Positions 33,801-44,400 of a stretch of 64,000 nucleotides of DNA are shown piece by piece. Positions within the stretch are counted from its first letter, which is position 1. Each line of letters begins with the position of its first letter. The DNA comes from a virus, in IMG/VR virus record IMGVR_UViG_3300022589_000001. One strand, written 5' to 3'. The notes below the pieces were generated by a model, which worked only from the letters and a program-made list of their open reading frames with translations, searched no databases and was not told where the DNA came from. Position numbers and translations under genes: made by a program.

Positions 33801-35270
33801 ACCGATAGTAAGTTCCAAGGTATGGCTGGTAACGTTCCTAATATCAGTGGTATTATTTATGTTAACAATACTGATGAAGCTGACATTGTTGATGAACTTT
33901 ATGTAAGAAATACTCTTGTTAAGAACTATCCTTCCTTAACATTCTTCTTCGCTAACGTGAATAAGGCTAACACTGCTAAGTTTATCATTATGGAAGAGGA
34001 CGGAACTTATAAGTATGTAGCTAATGCAAATCCTCAAAATACTGAAATTTCAGTACAAAAAGTTGCAGATGGCTCTTGGTTCTCTAACCCTTATGAGTTA
34101 TACAATCCTCAGAAGGATAACTATGACTTCCACGGTTGGTCTACAACCAACGATAAGACAGGATTAATTTCAAGCGCCGAGGCGACACCTGCCGCACAGA
34201 AAGCTGCTTGGGAGGCATTAAGTCTTGAGGAAGGAAAAACTGACTACGTATTCTACGCAGTCTTCACAGTCCATGAATGGAATGTAAGATTCTGGGCGGG
34301 ACCTTCTGAAACTCAGTTGACTGCTGTTGATGATTACACAATTGTCCATGGAGAATCTCTCTACGACATTGAAAGCATTCCTTCAATTCCAGAAACATCA
34401 CTCGGCGCTGAAGAGCGTTATCGTTTCTTAGGATGGACTCAAAATGTTAAGAATCTCATTGTTGAGAATGCCTCTACTGCTAAGGTAGTAAACGTAAATA
34501 CCATTATCGCTTCTCAAGATATGGACTTCTACGGCGTGTTCGTAAAAGAAAGCGTTTACGCTTCCGCAACTGATATGAAGTATTTTAAACCTGAACACAT
34601 TACCTACATCGACGCTTTCACTCAGGAAGTTCTCGAAGGTTGGATGTTAACTCCTAATGTAAACCTCTCTGGTAAGATTACAATTCCTACTGAGTATAAC
34701 AAAGAACCTGTTCTTCAGGTTGGTGGATTTAAGGGTTCAAACATCACTCATGTTTACTGGCATGGTACGCCTAAGGTTGTAGAAATCTTGCAGAATGGTT
34801 TTGCAGAGTGTGCAATGCTTGAAACATTCTCTATGCCTAAGTCTATGAGAAGACTTGGAGCTTCCTGCTTCTCCGGATGTAGCTCTTTGGCTTGTCCTAC
34901 TGATTTAGGAGACACTCAGATTTCTTACATTGGTAACTACGCTTACACTGGTTCCTTGAGAATTACTGATACTATTCCTGTGATGCAGTTACCTGCAACC
35001 TTGAAGCAGTTAGGTAATAACGCATTTGCGTACTTCATTAACATTAGTGCAGGCTCTGGCCCAGTTATTGAAACAGTTAACTTTGGTAAGCCAGGTAGTC
35101 CATCAGCGTTGACCACTATTGGTACAACTCCATTCGCACAGAATGAGCGTGCTATTAACAATGTTAATATCTACGTTACTGGTGGCACTCCAGACCCAAC
35201 ATTGCAGGCTACAGTCAACGACCGTATCGCTCCGGCTATCGCGGGTACCGTAAGCTATCCAAGTGCTTAA
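27807..35270 (+). CDS. Giant adhesin-like tail protein of 2487 aa. It has an N-terminal Gly8 linker, a classic LRR block, two Listeria-Bacteroides (Flg_new-type) repeats and a C-terminal BspA-type LRR_5 block.
   Basis: GGGGGGGG is encoded at 28161..28184. LRR segments read LKEVNLCNLQVS...LTRLELTEANLLTNL. The Flg_new motifs are YDFHGWSTTNDKTG...YVFYAVFT and RYRFLGWTQNV...MDFYGVF. The BspA-like block is FAECAMLETFSMPKSMRRLGASCFSGCSSL...ISYIGNYAYTGS. Confidence 0.8.
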   Translation: MTDKTKFRPVTGLDESIQNAPKNPGWVYFASDTGKIYFDLDVDTRVAMGGSGVSLLYGEAGTIDPDEYSLYHLSFDDLEEEVVPKEGDLILNQDGIFYRVQEVNSVEKTIACTIMSVSGGGGGGGGSNFAKKIGITMKSLATSNLLNGQTCEIFFTANSGIDVDGSIMDDRLTVSWTLAERIGSATSEYANGIIDVATGVEASFEFGTRLRQNATSILTMWTQGTNSGESTKKSVTVQTSELTLSPSANFSALTRYTPDKVLLQCNAVGSMDKVLDFYFDGNLIQSRVLTAQSENFQSYQVDKEIATHGNHTCRIELYQGIRTGNVVDRGLAVPALEFEIGVFEVGNTTPVIWLGDYQETYYNYDNIQIPFLAYDPSNSNQITVNLKKNGIELPGSPRTIDTTKMDKWNLFEITDAEMEKQNRYSISCGDVERTIVFEVIQDPTRTMEYVKQESLFLKFDAKGRSNSESVVNRQNWETEDGAIKAEFKDFNWYNNGWVLDEDNQTCLRISNGAEFSLPIGQMTFNDSTIGRDSNSIEIQFKVRNVQDYSNLIKNVTRYSGDENFYNAFMAQDTYDNYDAFLQYWLPIYPIEKEEDRVKYDDLEFSRVQKNITLEKAVCKYYSGDNAGATGLCLGPQDAFFSNGTDTVSVDYVEGKMVYLTMVFSKSSQLMYIYINGVITGVIKASSADAFTIESDKLIFNSNYCDIDLYKIRIYNTDLNVNDVVTNHSVDKKDVLIYDQNKLAVENESINEFQFKFEEMIKYNEAHPDAPLMPYIVYSTELTGDDRLPWSKKTEIAAKIEFVNTGLDAAFASGELLDLAIKDGLCAATSDAATKEAAVKTYYKHHCPSWTGDYCELVVQGTSSEFYPRRNYKIKLKTDYHPNANEKKLYHILLNKGPFAQDYLDDQAKLAAGEIQYGKESTRQKGWYMDNYTNATDRWTMKVDYMESSGSYNAGFASLVGTAYSKHPLQDYIKAGAFAGTDSMITDVIPGNSDIRWDDYRTSLKGFPVLAFHKKSDGSYLYVGMYRMLLDKGSDDVLGFNLPEEVTGNFLGGEEMSKMAECWEFCNNARGFCSYRDPWNRVELSFRAPKGESNEFTSAGAPIITDNIEYRYNTNEDYIDILLNLIDKDGKVAVTPENNAKIKAEFGDEYDVIADPDKGRELIYKFYKNWEDVNKWVWSTNTENVVAEGSYQIAPVGDVQYAPGTYYVYDEEQNAYVKEADDSVWDRNTDYFEQHEDENDEGETVISYAKVFATTGIYLWSETTSPGMFYSENDGAYTTINSKTFDSEIDYYELVIDESYKDNADRLVEICNDEAYDASKEYYTYDGSVKVGTRATVKVDAATAEANYAPGKYYVPKKVKYGIREYEYDTQEYRAAKFVNELTDHFDPEYLATYFIMTEVFECYDSRGKNCMMASWGPLKEGGNYIWYPIFYDIDTQLGINNTGIPSFEYNVDATEAGNYSTSDSLLWNNFYKYFKNSYILMKYKHLRGTTVGVDWTKLKQPTLEKIENIESWYKFEESATGSLMARGVRPLIATNLDMWWKYITITNNKGTKDGLTGWLNRDGQYITDTNGTYFYALQGDRSLSRQQFLTNRIEYIDSWLNQGNYQRGGSNNIRGRVAANNPTKTSDVWVNSVDTPYYNENGSKRYPFDAQYWIDLKPIRSSYVTVSDDAEAYPSQKYDGINPVKFEITAIQNGVMNSANYPEQLLYVYGMNKMADLGEMHNLYWQEFDLTGDATHLTTLKLGYDGVEIDPDTGEEITWRNDKINQPSIPGSKEDTFGGMPLLKEVNLCNLQVSTGSPTLDFSSCEKLQNFRATGSNFVAFNFAEGVALHTLYLPSSLTRLELTEANLLTNLITEYEAPKRDTLGNLVAKRGLYLEGMFEENATVINTLNFRGGSLGYDGYKLLNKYFEIRNAQSTTSKIQMTNVNWCPYVQLVEGDEYDPTAKYYKDDGHYGFVEYEYDEHKFETDILNGELYRKDTTITDDDINQISSINMLKTFITDSKFQGMAGNVPNISGIIYVNNTDEADIVDELYVRNTLVKNYPSLTFFFANVNKANTAKFIIMEEDGTYKYVANANPQNTEISVQKVADGSWFSNPYELYNPQKDNYDFHGWSTTNDKTGLISSAEATPAAQKAAWEALSLEEGKTDYVFYAVFTVHEWNVRFWAGPSETQLTAVDDYTIVHGESLYDIESIPSIPETSLGAEERYRFLGWTQNVKNLIVENASTAKVVNVNTIIASQDMDFYGVFVKESVYASATDMKYFKPEHITYIDAFTQEVLEGWMLTPNVNLSGKITIPTEYNKEPVLQVGGFKGSNITHVYWHGTPKVVEILQNGFAECAMLETFSMPKSMRRLGASCFSGCSSLACPTDLGDTQISYIGNYAYTGSLRITDTIPVMQLPATLKQLGNNAFAYFINISAGSGPVIETVNFGKPGSPSALTTIGTTPFAQNERAINNVNIYVTGGTPDPTLQATVNDRIAPAIAGTVSYPSA

Positions 35271-35287
35271 TAAGGAGGTAAAAACAA

Positions 35288-35506
35288 ATGACTAAAACAG
35301 TTTATTACGTTTACCTTGGTACGAACGGGACTATTACAAGTCCCGTTCATTTAGAGGACGTTTACTACATTCGTAAATACCTCTTGACTGCAGAAGATGG
35401 CAAAAAGCTTACTAAGGATAATAAGAATTTTGTCGATTCTGTAATGATTCCAGAAGGTGAACTTGACCTTTGGAAAGAAGTAAAGGCTCCAACTGGTCAG
35501 AAATGA
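35288..35506 (+). CDS. Hypothetical small protein of 72 aa.
   Basis: The ORF has the RBS taaggaggtaaaaacaaATG upstream. Confidence 0.55.
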   Translation: MTKTVYYVYLGTNGTITSPVHLEDVYYIRKYLLTAEDGKKLTKDNKNFVDSVMIPEGELDLWKEVKAPTGQK

Positions 35507-35554
35507 TTATTATAAACTATTCTTTTTTCAAAATTATTTGAAAGAAGAGTTGGG

Positions 35555-35598
35555 GGAGGCTGTGTTTTTCGCAACCGGCCTCCTTCAATTAAAATTTT
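35555..35598 (+). terminator. Weak candidate terminator or attenuator hairpin. The 6-bp stem (ggaggc/gcctcc) has a long loop and is followed by a U-rich stretch.
   Basis: Read from the sequence. It is poorly formed. Confidence 0.25.
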
Positions 35599-35619
35599 AA
35601 GAAAGGATTGGACGATTGA

Positions 35620-37674
35620 ATGATTACATATGTTAATAAAAAGAATGCCGGTCAGTATCAATTCTTATATGAACTCGCTTCTAAAGACTTAAGAACCCAT
35701 GATGGTGATGGTCGTGAAGTTCCATTCGGTTCTGCAGATGCGCTTCTTCCTATGGAAGCTATCACATTAGATGCAGAAACTTATATGCAGGATAGATACT
35801 ATGTAATCGATGCAGTTACAGGCGGCTATACATTGTGTACAGATGAAGAGTTCGACGCAGCTAAGTCCTACTACAAGAGTGATGATATCACCACTCTGGA
35901 CGAGTATTTCTCATTCATTGAAGAGTTGAACAAAATTAATCGTAATAAGTACACTCGTCTTCCATTAGATGAGGAAGTCTTTACAATTAACGCTGACACA
36001 AGATTTATTACCGTACCTCCTTCATTTGCTTCTAATGGCGTTGCTGTTCAGGGTGATGAAGTTGCTGAGGTTGTATATTTTAAAGTAAACAGATTCTTTG
36101 ATGTAACTGACTTGGATACCAAGGACATTTACATTCAGTGGCGTTCTCCTGCAAAAGATGCAAATGGTAACTTTATCGAGGGTGTTTCTGCACCTTGGAT
36201 TAAAGATATTGAGAGTGAACCTGGCTATATCATCTTTGGTTGGCCTCTTTCTTCTACAATCACCCAGGCCGCAGGTGACGTTCAGTTCGCAGTTCGTTTC
36301 TATGAGTTCAATGATAAGAAGCAGCTTGTTTACTCCTTGTCTACTTTAACTCAGAAAGTAACTGTTAAACCTTCTCTCGATTTTAACCTTCCTGATATCA
36401 TTCTTGATAACAAGGATAAGATTGATGATATGACAACTCTTATCAATGACAGATTTGAGAACTCTACTCTTGTTAGCGGTTCTGTTGAGGCTATTGATCC
36501 TCGCTGGACTAAAGTTCTCACTGAAACTGATAAGGAAATCGTAAACCTTGACAAAGATGAAAATGGTTTCAGAACCAAGTCCATTACTAAGAGTGTTCAG
36601 GCTGTTGCTGATGACGGCGGTCGTATCTCTTACGGCTGGAGAAAGTTCTCCATCGACAATGGCGCAGGCTTAGATATGTTCTCTGAAATCACTATGGCTT
36701 TGACCGAGGATACCGAGAGACAGGATGGTAAGTTGTACTACCAGAAGGCTGTTGCTCCAGCTTCCGTTGGTGACTACATCCTTTATAATGGAAGCTTCGA
36801 TAAAGACGCAGATGAATATCCAGTTGATGGTATCTTTGAGAAGTTCTCTACTGGTACAATCGATGGAATTGGTGAGTACTTTGTATTCGCGACTAACCGT
36901 TTGCGTAACAGCACTAAGAAAGTTCAGTCTAAGACAATTATTGTTCCAAGACCAAAGCTTCCTGTATTCGCTGATGACGCAGCAAATCTTCCTTTGTCTG
37001 GCATTTTGTTAGCTGACAAGGAATATGATTTATCTCTTAAAGTAAATCCTACAATGCCTGACGCAGGTAAGTTTACTTATCAGTGGCAGAAGTGTGCTCC
37101 TGGCAAAGACCCAGCAATTGAAGAGTCTTGGGAGAACATCACAGATGCAGTTGCAGAAGAGTATCTCGTTGAAGGTACTGATGTTGAGACTGCTGAAGCT
37201 GGCGGTGTAGGTGATGGCTATTATAGAGTAGTTGTTACTAACAACGTAAACAAGGAATCTATTTCCTTAAATAGCTATGCTTGTAGAGTAACTCACACAG
37301 CAGCAACTCCTAAGGTAAGTGTTGTTGGTGACATTAGCTTTACTGTTGATGACATGCTTATTGACCATCAATATCTTGAAGTAACTCATAGCTTTGCTGC
37401 TAACTGCGGTGAAACTATTCAGAGAACTGAAGATGATAAGATTTCTTATCAATGGTTCAAATATAGAGCTAACGGTAGAACTGTTGAAGATGACATTGAG
37501 GCTTCTGATGAAGGTCGCTACGAGAGAAACATTAATGACTTGCTCATTGAAGGTGAAACTGGTGCAACCTATCAGCCTACTTCTTCTGGTTATTACTACT
37601 GTGAAGTAACCAACCTTTATAACGGAACTAAGGCTTCTAAAGTTTCAAGATTCTTCGCTGTTGCTGAAGCTTAA
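35620..37674 (+). CDS. Ig-like-domain fibre/decoration protein of 684 aa. Two or three Hoc-like Ig-like modules sit in the C-terminal half.
   Basis: Three segments show the Ig-like pattern of a Y.W/YGW motif followed by a G.YYC.VTN-type motif: FTYQWQKC...GDGYYRVVVTNN, ISYQWFKY...SSGYYYCEVTNL and ISYGWRKF. The N-terminal domain is paralogous to the next gene. Confidence 0.75.
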   Translation: MITYVNKKNAGQYQFLYELASKDLRTHDGDGREVPFGSADALLPMEAITLDAETYMQDRYYVIDAVTGGYTLCTDEEFDAAKSYYKSDDITTLDEYFSFIEELNKINRNKYTRLPLDEEVFTINADTRFITVPPSFASNGVAVQGDEVAEVVYFKVNRFFDVTDLDTKDIYIQWRSPAKDANGNFIEGVSAPWIKDIESEPGYIIFGWPLSSTITQAAGDVQFAVRFYEFNDKKQLVYSLSTLTQKVTVKPSLDFNLPDIILDNKDKIDDMTTLINDRFENSTLVSGSVEAIDPRWTKVLTETDKEIVNLDKDENGFRTKSITKSVQAVADDGGRISYGWRKFSIDNGAGLDMFSEITMALTEDTERQDGKLYYQKAVAPASVGDYILYNGSFDKDADEYPVDGIFEKFSTGTIDGIGEYFVFATNRLRNSTKKVQSKTIIVPRPKLPVFADDAANLPLSGILLADKEYDLSLKVNPTMPDAGKFTYQWQKCAPGKDPAIEESWENITDAVAEEYLVEGTDVETAEAGGVGDGYYRVVVTNNVNKESISLNSYACRVTHTAATPKVSVVGDISFTVDDMLIDHQYLEVTHSFAANCGETIQRTEDDKISYQWFKYRANGRTVEDDIEASDEGRYERNINDLLIEGETGATYQPTSSGYYYCEVTNLYNGTKASKVSRFFAVAEA

Positions 37675-37713
37675 TTTTGAGCAAGATTTCGCTAAAAAGG
37701 AGGGTTTAGGCTT

Positions 37714-38310
37714 ATGAAGACAGAATCTAAAGAATACTATGATTTGCTTTATGAAATCCAGGATTTCAATAGACCGAGCTTAGCCGTCTTGCTTCCAGGG
37801 ACAGAGAAGATTTATCGAGTGGACCTAAACACTCGTACAATCGAGGCTCCTGAGTATTTAAGCGTTGAATCTGACCATCGTTCAGAATATATTTATTTCA
37901 AAACTGGAAGATATTACGACAATCTTGATTTATCCGGTGCCGTGTGCGTGATCCAATACATCAACGCACTCGGTGAGCCGAGAGTTTTTGCCGTACCTTA
38001 CTTCGACGTTGATACATTCTCTGATGATAATGATATGGTTTTTTATTGGAGAATTGACCAAGAGGTAACTAAGGCTTCTGGCGATGTAGAATTCTCTATT
38101 CGATTCTATTTACTTGACGACAATTATGTTGACAAGAAATTAATCTTTAACTTAAATACCTTACCTGCTTCAAGTAAAGTATTATCTGGTATCGATTTTG
38201 ACCCAGAAGGATTCAAACCTAATGAGGATTGGATGGCGGACTACTTAGCTCAAATTGCGGCAGCCGCAAAAGAAGCTTATGAAAAGGACGTATACTGGGT
38301 AGTAATTTAA
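37714..38310 (+). CDS. Structural protein of 198 aa, paralogous to the N-terminal region of the 684-aa protein.
   Basis: GDVEFSIRFYLLDDNYVDKKLIFNLNTLPASSKV aligns with GDVQFAVRFYEFNDKKQLVYSLSTLTQKV. The RBS aaaaggagggtttagg lies upstream. Confidence 0.7.
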   Translation: MKTESKEYYDLLYEIQDFNRPSLAVLLPGTEKIYRVDLNTRTIEAPEYLSVESDHRSEYIYFKTGRYYDNLDLSGAVCVIQYINALGEPRVFAVPYFDVDTFSDDNDMVFYWRIDQEVTKASGDVEFSIRFYLLDDNYVDKKLIFNLNTLPASSKVLSGIDFDPEGFKPNEDWMADYLAQIAAAAKEAYEKDVYWVVI

Positions 38311-38319
38311 GACTTTTTT

Positions 38320-38362
38320 GGGGAAGAGCATCCTTCGGGGTGTTCTTCCCCTTTTTCTTATT
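38320..38362 (+). terminator. Rho-independent terminator. It has a 14-bp stem with 2 G.U pairs (ggggaagagcatcc/gggtgttcttcccc), a UUCG tetraloop and the U-tract tttttcttattt.
   Basis: Read directly. The U-tract motif cccctttttcttatttgg is identical to the terminator at 8101. Confidence 0.85.
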
Positions 38363-38455
38363 TGGCCAGAAAGTAATAATATGACTTGAATTACTTTCAA
38401 AGATATATAGGATGAATTATAAAAATTGAAGCGATAAAGGAGGTTTAAAAATTTT

Positions 38456-41400
38456 ATGGCAACCAATGTAAAATTTTCGACCGGTTTAGAAGAAGACCTT
38501 CTGAAGCTTAATTCTGATAAAACCTATGTCAATAAGATAGATAACGGACACATTTACTTCACAACAAGAACCAATGATGAAGGTGAGGTTATTGGTTCAA
38601 TCTTTTATGACGTAGATGACAAGCGTGTAAGTATGGGCGGCGGTATCGCTGAGCAAGCAAAAGCTGACGATATGAAACAAAACATCGCAGATACTTATGT
38701 GACAAGAATTTCAAGCGAAGGAACAAAGTACGCAAGTACCGACGGTGTAACAATTACTACTTATAATGGTAGAAATGTTGCATTGGATACTATTATGTTG
38801 CCGGTCGCAAGTGCGAACCGCGCAGGTACTGTAATCGCCGGTGCGCAAACATTTGCCGGAAATAAAACTTTTAATAACAATATCTTATTTCCAAATGTTT
38901 CAACTGGAATTTCAAGCGGAATTCGTTGGACTGTTGGTGATAGCGATGGTGCCCGTATTATTACTGGCGCAACCGCAAGTGATGCGGGATACTTAGAAAT
39001 TGCCGTAAAATCCGATGGAAACGAGCCAATTTACGTACGTCAATATTCTGGTGATTTCGCGACTTTAGTACGAACCTTAACTTTGTTAGATGCTTCTGGT
39101 AATACAATTATTCCAGGAAGTTTACTTCCAACAGCAAAAGACACCAAAGATTTAGGCTCTGAAACCTATAGATGGAATAATGCTTATATTAAAAATGTTC
39201 AAGCAGACACTTTAAGTGGTCACTTAACAGGCTCATTAACAGGTAACGTAACTGGTAATGTAACCGGACATGCCAGCTTAGATTTACCTTTAGCGGGCGG
39301 AACAATGACTGGTGATATTACATTTAAAGCAATTGCATCTTGGCCTGCCGCGAGCGGAGAAACTTACCCAATTAAATCTAAAGGATTAAAGTGGAGTGGT
39401 AGTTCTGATACTGCAGCTATCTATTACCAAGTAGATGGTGCAGACAGTGGACATTTATATATTAGCATGGGTGACGATGATGCCGCATCTGTCAAGTTTG
39501 CTAAGAGTGGAATTGCGCACACAATTTTTGACAGCGCTGGTAAATTGTATCCAGTAACTAATGACACTGGTTATATTGGTACGTCTTCTAATAAATTTAA
39601 AGCTATTTATGCAACAAATTTCTACGGAATCATTGAGAAAGCATATCAAGATGAAAGTGGAAATAATATTAAAGCGACTTACGCTGCAACCTTAAAAAAT
39701 CACGCTCATGATGGAAATGGTTGGAGCTTTAGATTGTTAAATAAAAACGGAGCAGCTTTGGCTGATGCTCTTACAATTCCAGGAGCAACCGCAGAAAAAG
39801 CTGGTCTCATTACCACAGGTGCTCAGACTTTTGCAGGAAAGAAAACCTTTAATGGTCAAGTTGTTATTGCAAATACAACTGATGCTGCTAAAGCAACCGC
39901 AAATTCTGGAGCATTAATCGTAGGTAACCCAAGCGGAGAGCATTTAGCTATTGATGGAAACGAAATTATGGCCAAAGCGAGCGGAACAACGGTTCGCGCA
40001 CTTCTCTTCCAATTAGATGGTGGAGAAACTAAATTTGGTGGTAGTGTTCTTCCATATACAACAGATACTCACTCTCTTGGTACTGAGGCTCTTGCTTGGA
40101 AAGAAGCTCACATTGGAGAAATTTATGGACATTTAACAGGTTCTTTAACTGGTAATGTAACTGGCAATGCAACAAGCGCTTCAAAATTATTAACCGCAAG
40201 AAAAATTATCTTGGGTAATGATTTACAAGGTTCAGTATCTTTTGATGGTACTAAGGATGTTACAATTAGTGCGGCAAGCTATTCTGCTTCTATTGGGGGC
40301 GGCAATAAAGCTAATTATCCATGGCATAGAATTGCAACTACCGGCGCAAACGCAGTAACAAGTATTTACAATGATAAAGATATTGTTATTGTAATTCGTC
40401 ACAGTTATAATAACGGTGGATATGGTATTGCTAAAGTATCTATGCGTACTAACAATGCTTCTGGTGGTGCAACTGCTAATTGTACTATTACTTGGTTAGT
40501 GAGATATAATATCGCAGAAGACGCTTTGCAAGCTGGATTTAGAAACACTGCCGCAGACTCTTATGCAGATTTGTTCTATAAATGTAACACTTATCCAAGA
40601 GCAACTGTATATCAACTTCAAGGTAATCGAGCTTGGACTTTAATTAGTTCTACTGAAGCAAGCGACACAACTACAACAGATAAGAAAACATCTTCTGAAG
40701 CATACGCTACTATTGCAGCCGCAGCAACTGAACTGGGACGTACATACACCCACACTATTGTGGCAGAAGATGGGGGTATTATTGGAAAGGCTTATATGGA
40801 TGAGTCTGGCAATAATATTAAAGCTTCTTATCTCGCAAGCATTCAGCAAGTAACTTCTGATAAAGACACATTTACATTCCGTGGTTATAACAAGAATAAC
40901 GCGGCAATGAATAACTTAATTATTATTCCAGCTGCAACTGCAAGTGGTACGGACCAAACAAAATGGAAAGCTGGTTTAGTAACTTCTCAAGCTCAAACAT
41001 GGGCGGGAGATAAAACCTTTACTGGCAATATTATTATTGCACATACGGCTTCTACTGATATGACCGCAAGTTCTACCAATCCAAAAATTACTTTCTCTGA
41101 AGGTGGTACTCATCAACCAGTACATTTAATTTATACAGATTATGATGGTTATCGTAGTCCTGCAGGATTAAAAGTTATTGGTGGCACAAGCGCAACCCCT
41201 GCTTGGTTTGAAGTAGAAGGTGCATTGTTTGTTGGTGGAGCATCAACTCTCAATGGTAATGTATCTATCAAGGGTAATATTATGCCTCAAGTAGATAATA
41301 CCTATGTCATTGGTGATTTGAACGCTAAGTGGAAAGATATTTATTCTACTACAGCACATGTATATAACACACTTTATGTAAATACTTCTACTACTGGCAC

Positions 41401-44400
41401 TGTTGGTGGTATTGCATTGCATGGTACTGTTGACCCAACAGCCTATGGTATTGCAATGCGTAGTAACCTTGGTGCTCATGGTTATGCAACAGACACTTGG
41501 AATACGTATTTCATGATGTCTAATGGCGCAACTCGTGGTTGGGTATTTAGAAATGGAACTACTAATGTAGCGTCTATTAATGGTCAAGGTTATATTTCAG
41601 CTAATAAGCTAAACTTGAATAGAACTGGTGGTATAGCCAACGGTCGTATTAGCTGGTACAGCACAACATATAAGACATGGCATGATTATATGTCTAATGT
41701 TGTTGCAGGAGGATGCCCAAGTGGTGGAACTCCTTCAATTCTCGGTGCTGTTAAGACCTGGGCACTTAGAAGCTATATTGAAAATGCAAGTGGACATGGT
41801 TGGTTATGGGAGTCTGCCGCAGAATCAAATACTGGAACTCCTACTCCAAGAATGGCCTTGTCCTCTAATACTGGTAAACTTTACCTCTCCAATGATTTAA
41901 ATATTATCACTGGAGATACAGATAAATTCGTTCATTATTTGTATGACGGAACTGAAGCTAATACAATTGGTGCCTCTTGGAGAGCTGGTGTAAAACAGTC
42001 TACCACAGATAATGAATATGTCATTGAATCTGGTAGCGCAGCAACCACTGCAACTGCTTGGCTCAATGGATTAAAAATTACTCAAGCAACACTTAATGCT
42101 ACTTTTGGTACTTCTGCTTTAGGTGGTTTAGGTATTGCAAATACTTCTGCTACTACTGGTCACGGCATTTCCTTGTATAGCGGAGGTATGAGTGGCAAAC
42201 CAACTTATGGTTTAATGTTTGCGGGTACGGCAACATTTAAAACTCATGGTTATGTAACTGGCGACTGGGCTACTTACTTCACTATGAATGGTACAGCAAA
42301 TCGTGGTTGGATTTTCTTGAAAGATGCAAATCCAGTAGCATCTATTAGTAATGATGGTAAAGCTAACTTTGGAGAGACTTACATTAGAGGTCCTTTAAAG
42401 ATTGGTGATAATGCGAATGGTGATACGAACTATATTGCATTTTATGGAACAACTGGAGATAATCCTGGTTCATTTAATCACGCATATATTGGTGAAAATC
42501 TTTGGGGAACCAATGAGCGTAGTGAATTGTTAATCTTTAAAGGTAATGATATTGGAACAACTGCTACAGGCCCAGATAGAATTCGTCACGTTGCTGCAGC
42601 TCATTTATTCCAAGTTTATACTACCGCTTTAAGTGGAACTTGGACTACAATTTGTGATTCTACTGTTCCAGTTAGTGTATTTGAAATTAACCAGTCTGGA
42701 ATCGTAGTAACAGGTGCGACTACAATTAGTGGCAATGCCACTGTTGGCGGAACTCTTGATGTAACTGGTAATACAAGTCTTGGTGCTGAATTAAGTGTAA
42801 CAAGTTATGCTAAATTTAAGCAAGGTAGTGCGGCTACTGGTCTTAATACTGGTGCAGTGCAAGTGACTGGTGGTATTAGCGTAAGTGCAGCTTCTTATAT
42901 TGGTGGAGCATTAACTGTAAATAGTACAATTAATGCAACTGGTAATGTGACTGCTCCAAGATTTATTGGACTGGCAGATAGAGCAACTTTGATAGACGCA
43001 ACTCTGTCTGGTACATCTTCTGCAACACATTTAACTGCTCATCCAGCAACCGCAGGTCGTGTAGCATTTTATTATAATGTCAATCCATGTACAGGATTAT
43101 TCACAACAGATAATAATGCTAATTTCTTGATTACTCTTAATAAGCACTCTGGTAATTATGATTCTCAATTAGGATTTAGTTCAGATGGAAATATCTATTA
43201 TAGAAGTTTTAATGGCTCTGCATTAGATACAACAACTGGTTGGCAAATGTTACTTACGACTGCAAATGTAACTGGTGAATTAGATGGCCGTTATGTAAAT
43301 GTCACTGGAGATACTATGTCTGGTGCATTAAAAGTTCCTAATATTACAATTAGTAGTACTTCAAGTATTGCACATATTCAATTCTCTTGTACTACTTCAT
43401 ACAATTACTTACATGTTCCTTCTACTGAGGGTAAAATTGCATTTTGTGCAGCTGATAGTTTATCTTTGAAGGGTTCAGCTTTGGTTGTTACTAACACAGG
43501 CATTGTTCCTGGAAATAACAATACATTCACTTTAGGTAGCTCTTCTGCTTATTGGAGTAGGGCTCACTTAGGAGCATTAACAATGTATGGTAATATTACA
43601 TATGCTAATGGTTCTTATACTGATTATGAAATGATTAAGTTTGTTACCGGCACTGGAGATGGTTGTGGTATTGTAATTGGCGGTGGCGGTCTTGCGGTAT
43701 TTGGCTCAGGCGAGTCTGCAAGTAATTTTGTATCTGCTGCAGGCTTAGCTGGCAATACTGAAACAACTTATATCACTTCTGATAATGGAATTTATTTTGT
43801 AACTAATTGTCAGACTATTGCAGATAGAAATGAAAGTATTTTTGTTTCTGGTGGACAAATTAGCAGACCTGGAACTTCAACTTCTTGGTATTTAGGAAGA
43901 AGTAACGCTCTCTTAAAAATTACTTCTTACTTAGGATATAATGCTATTTATTCTATGAAAACAACCAATGGAGACTGGTCTTGTGGTGTTTATAGTAGCA
44001 ATACTTTGTATTGGTCTTATGTTACTGATACTAATTTTAATGCGGGTACAAATGAAACTACTGCTCAAATGAGGCTAACTGCTGATGGTTATTTATATGC
44101 TACAAGAGTATATAATGCTGTATGGAATGACTACGCAGAGTGTAGAAGTGCAGATACAGAAGAGCCAGGTCGAGTTGTTATTGAAGGTAAATTTGGTATT
44201 ATGACTAAATCTACTAAAAGACTTCAAGCTGGAGGTAGTATTATATCTGATACGTATGGCACTTCAATGGGAGAAACAGATAATTGCAAAACTCCAGTTG
44301 CAGTAGCGGGTCGTGTACTTGCATATCCATATGAAGATAGATATTCTTATCCTTTGGGTGCGGCGGTATGTACTGGACCAAATGGTACAGTAAGCTTAAT

